Source of the DNA: Diplonema japonicum
Lineage: Eukaryota; Protista; Euglenozoa: Diplonemea
NCBI GenBank assembly: GCA_964019335.1
Contig: OZ025666.1
Location: 248,001 to 312,000 of the forward strand
Reading direction: 5' to 3'
DNA length: 64,000 nt
Part shown: positions 55,841 to 64,000 of the stretch, one piece after another
Position numbering within the stretch: the stretch's first letter is position 1
Layout of the letters: each line of letters starts with the position of its first letter
The notes under the pieces: generated by a model
What the model was told of the DNA's origin: nothing
Databases searched by the model: none
Seen by the model: only the letters and a program-made list of their open reading frames with translations
Translations under genes and position numbers: made by a program

Positions 55841-56671
55841 ATGGGGAAGAAGAAACAAAAGACGAAACGAGACGATGTCGTGAAGGAAAAACAGGTGGCG
55901 AACTTGGAGCTGCAGAAGCTGAACACGAAGCTAAGCGGGCTGAAAAACGAGCTGGCGGAGCTCAGGAAAAAGGAAAACGGATACCGAGAACAATTGGAGA
56001 CCGAAACAAAAACCGAGGCAGAGGGAGATCCCGAGAACCTCGTCATCGACGAGGGGGCAGTATCAGAACTTTTCGACATTCTTAACACAAACAAAGACTA
56101 TTTTCTAAACAGAGAAACACGAGGGGAGCACAATGCAGTACTACCAGTACTGATAGGGGGTACGCAGGCTAAGCGGAGAGCCACTATAAACGAGTTGCCG
56201 TCGTTGTTGAAGCAACATATGGAGCCTTTTAAGCATGTGATGCTGTTTAAAATTTCATTCACGGGAGAGACTCCCGTTTCAGCATCTCGACATCTTTCCC
56301 CGTTCGCACAGATTTCCGCACGCACCGTCCACCATATCTGCAGCAACAGCAATTTCAATGAGGTGGCAGAACATTTCGATGAAACAGTTGCATTACACGA
56401 TGTAGTTTTGAAGTTGATGTCCACAGTCGAGACACCTTGGGACTGGGACTCTGTCGCGGTCCTCCTCACCCTTGATGCCGTGCACTGTCTGTGCACTGCC
56501 ACCGATAAGCAACTCCTCACCGATGTGGTTGAGTCCGTCCTCCACGCCAGATTCCAAAATGAATCTCCGTACTTTATTTTCCCTGTCTTGAATTTCGATG
56601 CCACGCAGGAGGAGCTCCTCCAGCACTTTCTTACTCTTAAGCCGCACAAGACCTTTATCAAGCTTTCCTAA
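55841..56671 (+). CDS. Hypothetical protein with N-terminal coiled coil
   Basis: 276-aa ORF, co-directional, leucine heptads LQKLNTKLSGLKNELAEL. Confidence 0.6.
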   Translation: MGKKKQKTKRDDVVKEKQVANLELQKLNTKLSGLKNELAELRKKENGYREQLETETKTEAEGDPENLVIDEGAVSELFDILNTNKDYFLNRETRGEHNAVLPVLIGGTQAKRRATINELPSLLKQHMEPFKHVMLFKISFTGETPVSASRHLSPFAQISARTVHHICSNSNFNEVAEHFDETVALHDVVLKLMSTVETPWDWDSVAVLLTLDAVHCLCTATDKQLLTDVVESVLHARFQNESPYFIFPVLNFDATQEELLQHFLTLKPHKTFIKLS

Positions 56672-56836
56672 GAAGAAAAAAAGAAAAATCAAAAAAAAAA
56701 GGTAAAACCTACCGTTAATTTCTCATCTCCATCCCCCCCCCCCGCCCACTTTTTTGTTTTGTTTTTTTGTTTTCTTTGAATTCTTTGAATATAATTCAAA
56801 AAAAGAAAAAAGGAAAAAAAAAAAGTAAATAAAACA

Positions 56837-57532
56837 ATGCACGCTCCCGTTATGATGTTTGGAAACAAGAGCAGCAAGTTCGGTGTGAAGGAGGAGGAGG
56901 TGGCACGGACGGCCGCAGGAGGTGTGATGGGGTGCGCACCAAAGGTGCCATCGCCGAAGGAAGGGCACGCAAGGCGGGACAGCTTAGGGAGCATGAGCGA
57001 AGTGACATCTTCCTATGGAAGTGCCTTGTCAACCTTCACACATGACCCTTACTCATGGGGCGAGGTCAAGCGGGCTGTCAGCGGAGTGTCTCGAAGCTCA
57101 TCTGTTTCATCCTGCGATGGGTTATCTGTGGCAAGCAGTTCTGTGTCAAAGGAGGGTTCCTACCCCATCTCAACCCACCAGCTTTTGAGGTCTCATCCCA
57201 ACCAACGATTCGGGGCATGGATCCGAGGTAACTCCATCACAAATGTTGTTCCTGAGGGCCCCGCCGACATCGCTGGTCTTGCGGTAGGCATGCGTATCCT
57301 TGCTGTTGACAATGTGGCCGCCGATCCCGCTACCGTTTCTGCTGTTATTAGAAAGACGTGGAAGGAGCTTGGGTGCATCAACCTGCTTATCGAAGCACGT
57401 CCCCCTGGCACGAGGTCCAAGCGCTCCATGGCTAAAGCAAGGTCCCGGCAGAGGTCCCGCGCAGCTGCCGCCGCGGCGTGCCCTGCCGAAGTTGACTCTA
57501 CTCAATTTGGAGAAACCGTGGATGAATGCTGA
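56837..57532 (+). CDS. PDZ-domain protein
   Basis: QRFGAWIRGNSITNVVPEGPADIAGLAVGMRILAVDN matches the PDZ consensus. Confidence 0.75.
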   Translation: MHAPVMMFGNKSSKFGVKEEEVARTAAGGVMGCAPKVPSPKEGHARRDSLGSMSEVTSSYGSALSTFTHDPYSWGEVKRAVSGVSRSSSVSSCDGLSVASSSVSKEGSYPISTHQLLRSHPNQRFGAWIRGNSITNVVPEGPADIAGLAVGMRILAVDNVAADPATVSAVIRKTWKELGCINLLIEARPPGTRSKRSMAKARSRQRSRAAAAAACPAEVDSTQFGETVDEC

Positions 57533-58437
57533 TGATTTTTTTTTGGTGGGGGGGGAACATTTTTTCTCTTTTTTATCCAGCAAAACAAAAAAAAAAAAAA
57601 AAAAAAAAAAAAAAACGCACACAACAATGGAGTGGAAGGGGGTGAATGTTTTTTTTTTTTTTTTTTTTTTAAAGTTCTACCTTCTTCCCTCTTTCTTTTT
57701 TTTTTTTATTTGTACTGCGATAGCACTTTCATTACTAGTTTCCCCCCCAAAAGTTATTCACTCTTTGGTGCTTGTTGTTGTTGTTTTTTTTTTTTATGCC
57801 CCTTTCGTTGTTTTTTTTTTTTTTTTTTTTTTTTCCCTCGGCACGCGTGTTTCAAGTCCACACGCTTACCCTCGCCCCCCCCCTTTTTTTTCTAAAAAAG
57901 AAAGAATTTGCAGCATTGGCATATTTTAAAGGGAAAAGGGAGTACGAGAAAAGTGCAATTCTTTGAGTGTGCGGGTGAGATAGAATTGCCTACCTCCAAC
58001 ATCTCTCCCCCCTTTTTCTCTTCACCCCCCACCCCCTCCCCCGTCCTCTTGTGTTCACTGAAGTGAAAAAACAGTGGGAACGGAAGAAGGGGGAAAGCAA
58101 AAAAAAAGGGGGAAAGGCCCAATAGTTTTTTTTTCTTCTTTGGCTCCTCAGGTTTTTCTTTTATTTATTTACCCGCTTCTATTCTTTTTTTTTATGTCGA
58201 TTCTTTTTTATTATTCTTTTTGGTCCCCTTTTTTTTATTTAGTAGCCATGTGTATGGAGGGACTCATCCACCATATTAAAAAAAAATTTTTTTTTTCTTG
58301 CTCATGCTCGGTTGTAGTATAATACCTCTGAAGCCCAACTCCTGTAAAGAAAAAAAAAAAAAAAAAAAAAAAAGCACTGGTGAAAAAAAAAAAAAAAGGG
58401 GGAGAGGGAGGGAATTCAAATAATTCTTTTTTATTTA

Positions 58438-58705
58438 CTGTAAAACAAAAATCACCGGAAGATAAAATATCCGGAAGTTCTGGCGGTCTGGATATTTTTT
58501 TCTTCCGGACATTTTTTTCCCGGGACCCCCTTTTCTTTTTTTAAAGGGCTGGACCAGAAACCGGATGAAACTAGTTTCTGTAGCAAGAGAAAAATCAAAC
58601 GAAAATCAGAGAGAATTGCAACGGACTTTTCTAAGAACTAAAAGACACCTCAGACTATGCGTAAGGCTTGGTACCCCTTATCTTCCGGTGGATTTTTGTT
58701 TTACA

Positions 58706-58706
<1 letters not shown>
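58438..58706. mobile_element. MITE, Tc1/mariner-pogo type, with TA target duplication
   Basis: TA + CTGTAAAACAAAAATCACCGGAAGATAA ... TTATCTTCCGGTGGATTTTTGTTTTACAG + TA: 28-bp TIR with a single 1-nt indel; internal CCGGA repeats; no coding capacity. Confidence 0.8.
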
Positions 58707-58745
<39 letters not shown>

Positions 58746-59117
58746 CTACAGAAACTTTAAAAAAAAAAAAAGGAAAAAAAAAAAAAAAAAAAAAAAAAGG
58801 AAATTTGCCAACTTGCCACATTATTTTTCTTTTCAAACGAAAAAGTTTTTTTTTTTTATATGATGAAGAAAAAAATCAAAATGAAAAAAATATTTTTTTA
58901 CATGAAAAAGAAAATGAAGAAGAAGAAAAAAGAAATATAATACTGTATAGACCGATAAATGAGCTTCAGATTTTTTTTTTTTGTGTAATCATAAAGATTT
59001 TGTAGGTTTGATAAACCAACGAAGCTTACGTTAAACCAAATGCAACGAACTGATGAACTTAATCCTCGAGAAGGGGTTTTTTAAATTTTTTTTTTAAATT
59101 GGTTACAGTAATGGAAA

Positions 59118-59151
<34 letters not shown>

Positions 59152-59277
59152 ATGTACAACACAACTTTGATTGGCAGAATCATGTTTCCTTCTATTTTTT
59201 TTTTCTTCTACTCGCACATCTTTCCTGATCTTTTTTTTCTTTGCTTGTTGTCTAAACAAAGGGAATGTTGCATCATG

Positions 59278-59311
<34 letters not shown>

Positions 59312-61164
59312 CCTTCGGGTTGGAAATAAATTAACTTTATCCAGGCTTATTCGACCCCGTCAATGAAACAAACAACAAATCCCTGTATTTTTTTCTTGAA
59401 ATTAAAGAAAATTAATAAAAAATTATCAAATCTGTTTTTTTTTTTTTTTTTCTTTTTCATCTTCAAAATTCAAAACCAAAATTTATTTCAAAGGAGGGTG
59501 GTGGGGCAATATATAAATATATATATATATATTTTTTTTTTAAATTTCCCTTCCCACCAATAAAACCTTGTGCACGATCTCAAAAAAAGAAATATTTTAA
59601 CACCAAATCTGGTTTTTTTTTTTTTTTTTTTTTGAAAGTTTTTGAATTCTTGATTTTTTTTTTCTTCCGTCCCGAGTTAACCAAAAGGAAAATTTTAAAA
59701 TATTTAAAAAAAAAAAAAAAAAAGATGAACGATATTTTTTTTTCTGCTTCTGTTGTAAGCCCTCCAAGTGGTCGATTTCTTTTTATTTTATTTTTTCCTT
59801 TTTACTAAAGCAGCGTCCGACAACATTAGACTGGAGGGGGGGGTAGGTTGTAGGGTTGAGAAAGAAAAAAATTAACTTTTTTAGTTCTTTTTTTTTATTA
59901 ATTCTCTCTCGTAGCAGCCATCCCCCCTTCTTCCCCCTTTTTTATTTACTCTATCCCTTTCCAGTTTCCCCCCCCCCCCCCCCCTTTTTGAAATCGTTAA
60001 GCAAAAGAAAAAAAAAAGAATCTTCGTAATGGGCCTCAGGCTTAACCTGAAAAAACGTTAATAGTTACTTTAACAATGAAAAAAAAAAAGAAAAAAAAAC
60101 TTAAAACTGTCACCTACATATATCTTGCTAACTTAAACACACCCTCCCCCCCCAAAAAAAATTCCCCAACACCTTCGAAACACGGGCTACTCTGTAGCCT
60201 GCAAAAAAATATCTCTCTCATGTTTTTCAACCTTTTCTCCGTTCGCCAGGGCACCTTTTCTTAAACTTCTTCCTCCCTGCCCCCTGTTTAGGGGGGTGAC
60301 ACAGGGGTGGCAAGACCAAAGGGGCACAAGATGTGGACACGAAGAGCGCTTAGGATGCAATGTTGCAACCACCCCTCCCTTTTAGCATAAACCTACGTAT
60401 GCTATTTTTTTTTTTTTTTTTTTTTCCCTCTCTCCCCCTTTTTCGCACACACGCTCCTTTGCGCCTTATTTTTTTTTTTTTTTATTTTATTATTTTTTTT
60501 TTCTTTTTCCTATTTATTATGCCTCTCTCGTTCCTTTTCCAAAAAAAAAAAGAAGAAAAAAATTCTACTTTTTTTTAATTTATTTTTTCCCTACCCCCCC
60601 TTGATTAACAAGAAATGCCGGTTTTTTTTTCTTCCACATTTATTCACATTTTTAGCCAGAATAACGCGGGTAAAGGGGAGGGAGGGGAGAGAAAAATAAG
60701 TTGACAAACAATTCACAAATACAAAAAAAAAGAGAGAAATCGGGGAAGCGAGGGGAGGGGAGGGGGGAGGAAAAAGGGAAAAAAGAAATACAGAGTATTC
60801 TAACCTGAAAGTAAGGGATCCATGAAGAATAGGAAGACTTGTTTTCTTTCTTCTTTTATTCTTCTTCGGTTTTCTCTATCTCCCATTTATTTTTTCCCTC
60901 GTTCCTTTCTCCCCCCCCTAACCCTTCCCTTTTCCGTCCTCTGTGCCAGTTGCACTTTTTCTTTCCTCGGGTTCTCCCCATATCCACCCCCCTTCCCTTT
61001 CTTGTATTTTGACAGTTTTTTGTTGTCTCATCCAAGTAGGGCAGGGTTACTTACGTTAAGCAAAGAAAAAAAAGCCTTTTATATTGATTTTACGCAGCTC
61101 TGTACATTCTTCATTTTTTTTTTTTTGTACTTTTAAGTTTTTAAATCGCCACTTGCGCACTCAG

Positions 61165-61200
<36 letters not shown>

Positions 61201-61225
61201 GAATGAAAATTTTAGTAACTTTAAT

Positions 61226-61264
<39 letters not shown>

Positions 61265-61322
61265 TACTCGGTCCACCTCGCTTACCAACAAGGTAGTACG
61301 CACCCTCTTCCTACTGTCTCCT

Positions 61323-61354
<32 letters not shown>

Positions 61355-61525
61355 TCAGGCAGCGCAGGGAAACAAAGGGTGTGTTTATCTTGGTGATAGT
61401 TTAATAAAATTGTCACTGGCCTAAACAAAATATTAGGAGGAGAAGGGGGGGGAAAAAAGAGAGAAGGGGAAAGAGAAAAAAAAAAAAAGAAGAGGATAAG
61501 AGGAGAACGAATGTGGGAGTGTGAT

Positions 61526-61576
<51 letters not shown>

Positions 61577-61812
61577 CCTCCTGTTTTGTTCTCACTCATT
61601 TCCGTTTTTTTTTTTTTTTTTTTTTTTTTCCATTCTTTTTTTTTTTCTTCTTCTCCCTCTCCTTATTCCGAAGAAAAAGGCTATTGGGCGATCGGTGTAC
61701 TGAAATCATCTTTTCCCCCCCCCCTTTTTTTTTTCCTCCCTACATTTCCTTTCATTCATTGTCGTTTAATTTCTTTCTTTTTATCGTCTTTTATTGAAGA
61801 GAAATTTGTTTT

Positions 61813-61861
<49 letters not shown>

Positions 61862-62701
61862 CACCCTTTTTTTGCTGTACAATCTCACCACTATTCACAT
61901 TCAGGATCGCGAGACGGGGAAAACCATTCCTCTTTTCTCCTGACGTGTGGATTTCCTTTGGGAAAAAAATTTTTGAATTTTTTTTTTTTTCTTGCTAGCC
62001 TGGAATAGGCCGTATTAACCACCACATTTGTTTTTTTGTGGTATTTTTTTTTCTCCTTTTTTTTTTCCCCTTCTCTTCAAAATATCGACACCCGCAAATA
62101 CCAATCAGTTATTTTGTCGATATTCAAATTCTTTACGCAAATTTCCCCCTCCATTTGTATGCTCATATTTTGGCCCAATAATGGCAAAGTCTTCATCTTC
62201 CGTGCCATTTATACATTTTATATCTCATGGGGGGGTCTTCTTTTTTTTTTCTTCATTCTTCCGTGGGGCAGTAGTTTTCATCTTTTTTTTAGTGCCCCAT
62301 TCCCTTTCTTTGAGTACTCCCTTATCTTGCTTCTAAGTACCTTATTTATTTTTCTCCCCCCCGTTCTTCATTTACTTTTACAAACACCAGCAATGCACAC
62401 GCAAAACAAAAGCAAAACAAAAAAAAAAAAAAAAAAAAAAACATTTCTTACTCTTACCTTTTTTTTTCTTTTCTTTTTTTTTTTCCCTTATACCCTCCTC
62501 TTCATACTATTATTACTTCAATTTTTTTTTGAAAAAAAAAAAAATTCTTTTGTAATAAAAACCAATGCAATATTTTATAAAAAAAATCATCTTCAGGGCG
62601 GAAAGCAAAAAAAAAAAAAGATAAAAAACGGAAAAAAATAACAATATAAAAAAAAAAAAAAGAAGAGACAGATTTCCGTCCGTCCGCAAAGTATGATGTA
62701 G

Positions 62702-64000
62702 ATGCACAGCAAGGGGGTTACGGGGCCTTGTGAAATGGCGGAAAGGCAGCTTAGGAAAGAATTGTCGCAAAGATGTGAAGGGTCAAACGAACTGTATAAG
62801 GCTGTTGAGAACGTGTGTAAAGGAGCCGACGAAGGACTGCTTCGGTCGGGCTTAAGGCTGTTGGATGACTTAGCTGAGAAGGATGAGTGCTGGAGGGTAG
62901 TCTTCTCTCGGTGCTTAGCCAAGAAGTTTGCATATTTGCTTAAATCAGTCGGGTGTGGCACTCCTACCGATTTCAACAGTTTATTCGAGCGCTATCTATC
63001 CCAAGCACTCCCCACCCTCCCTGCCTCCCCGTACCTCGCCCCGTACCTTGTTGAGCTTAGACGCGACCACCCGTCTCTCACGCATGATGTAAAGCAAGCC
63101 ATCAAACGCATTCCCCGCGACGCCTCACGGCTCCCCACCCTCTCATTTGACTATTCTCACCTCACCATCGACACCTACCCCGCGGGCAGGAAAAAAGGCC
63201 AATGGGTCACACTCGGCCGTGGCGCCATATGCACTGTCATCTCCGCCACTTTCCTCCGCAAGCCCGTCGCCATCAAGGAATGGCAGGTCCCCGACACCAC
63301 CAAGCAAGCAGTCGTTGCGAAGCTTCACGGAGAAGTGCTCGCACTGGAGCACCTATGCCACATCAACCTGGCCGCTGTCTATGGTGTTGTGCACGATGCC
63401 AACGGCGAGCCACCGCAGGGCCTCACTGCAGACGTGGGCATCCTGACAGACAGGGTGCAGATGACATTGGGCGACCTCCTCTTCGAGGAAGACCCCATGC
63501 CTTTAGACAAGCTGCTGGCCATTTGTGTGGAAGCGGCAGCAGGCACAGTTTATCTGCACCAGTGCTCCATCCATGCCAACATCAAGCCCAGCAACGTGGG
63601 TCTCACCATGACAGGCTCTGTCAAGCTTCTCGACTACGGCCCGTGGCGCAACCCTGACCACGACTGGGCAGCACCTGAGGTCGTACGCGGTCAAGCGCTG
63701 CTTCTGTCAGACGTCTACAGCTGGGCTGCCATCTGCCTGTCGGGCATATCTCAGCAACGACCACGGAAGGGCCAAAGCGGTGTGATCCCTGAACGGTCTT
63801 CGTCAGGTGACGTTGTGAGTTCTGGTATGAGCGCGCTCCTGTCGGAGTGCCTCTCCGAAACTCCCACGCTGCGGCCGAACATGGCCGACTGCTACAAGAG
63901 AGCCACCATGTCGCATGGCGACAACGAGGGCCACCGCCCTCATCAAATGCAACCAGAAGACACTCAGCAGCAGCTTGAAGCTGTGCCGCTCCCTGAAGAG
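62702..64000 (+). CDS. Protein kinase-like protein (TKL-like, probable pseudokinase), runs off the window end
   Basis: Open frame from ATG 62702 (or 62734), absent from the ORF track because it has no stop in the window. LGRGAICTV, PVAIKE, IHANIKPSNV, KLLDYG, WAAPEV, SDVYSWA motifs. Confidence 0.8.
   Translation, partial: MHSKGVTGPCEMAERQLRKELSQRCEGSNELYKAVENVCKGADEGLLRSGLRLLDDLAEKDECWRVVFSRCLAKKFAYLLKSVGCGTPTDFNSLFERYLSQALPTLPASPYLAPYLVELRRDHPSLTHDVKQAIKRIPRDASRLPTLSFDYSHLTIDTYPAGRKKGQWVTLGRGAICTVISATFLRKPVAIKEWQVPDTTKQAVVAKLHGEVLALEHLCHINLAAVYGVVHDANGEPPQGLTADVGILTDRVQMTLGDLLFEEDPMPLDKLLAICVEAAAGTVYLHQCSIHANIKPSNVGLTMTGSVKLLDYGPWRNPDHDWAAPEVVRGQALLLSDVYSWAAICLSGISQQRPRKGQSGVIPERSSSGDVVSSGMSALLSECLSETPTLRPNMADCYKRATMSHGDNEGHRPHQMQPEDTQQQLEAVPLPEE

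Noticed and set aside
60302-60377. CAGGGGTGGCAA ... CCACCCCT as a hAT-like miniature element
   Set aside because: Only 8 bp of inverted match, imperfect end, and no 8-bp TSD.
57533-62700. Poly-Phe/poly-Lys ORFs in intergenic tracts (also 9.1-9.7, 16.7-18.3 and 41.6-44.9 kb)
   Set aside because: Translations of homopolymer runs; no protein-like composition.
1-64000. tRNA, rRNA or spliced-leader RNA genes
   Set aside because: None recognised by eye; the rRNA-like strings are short antisense guides only. tRNAscan/Infernal were not run.

Overview
Eukaryotic nuclear DNA, most likely a euglenozoan and probably a diplonemid. This is an inference from four things: all intact protein genes lie on the + strand as in a directional gene cluster; genes still carry short GT-AG cis-introns; the pseudouridine guide RNAs are single hairpins ending in AGA; and one snoRNA guide is complementary to the kinetoplastid-type SSU variant GUGCCAGCAC. 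About 24 protein genes are present: AMACR, a C2+ankyrin protein, a PARP-like fold protein, a START+TM protein, an ENT-domain protein, 4 tandem RPS9, a myosin with CUE/SAM/UBA tail, a PPEF phosphatase, NPL4, PARG, an AP mu-like subunit, 2 tandem BiP, an RRM+SAM protein, a FUT8-like glycosyltransferase, a C-type lectin/TDAP-repeat surface protein, a secreted Cys-repeat protein, a PDZ protein, a pseudokinase and some hypotheticals. The most striking non-coding feature is missed by the ORF track: three ~2 kb arrays (26.15-28.44 kb, 33.08-34.70 kb, 52.47-54.30 kb) built from one pool of ~13 box C/D and AGA-box H/ACA-like snoRNA modules, shuffled into different orders. Several guides match conserved rRNA modification sites. 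One array sits inside intron 1 of the second BiP copy, while the same intron in the otherwise near-identical first copy is only 43 nt. Mobile DNA: a decayed piggyBac inside an intron, a foldback/Mutator-like element abutting the AMACR start, and a TA-flanked MITE. All product and rRNA-target assignments come from remembered motifs, not from database searches.
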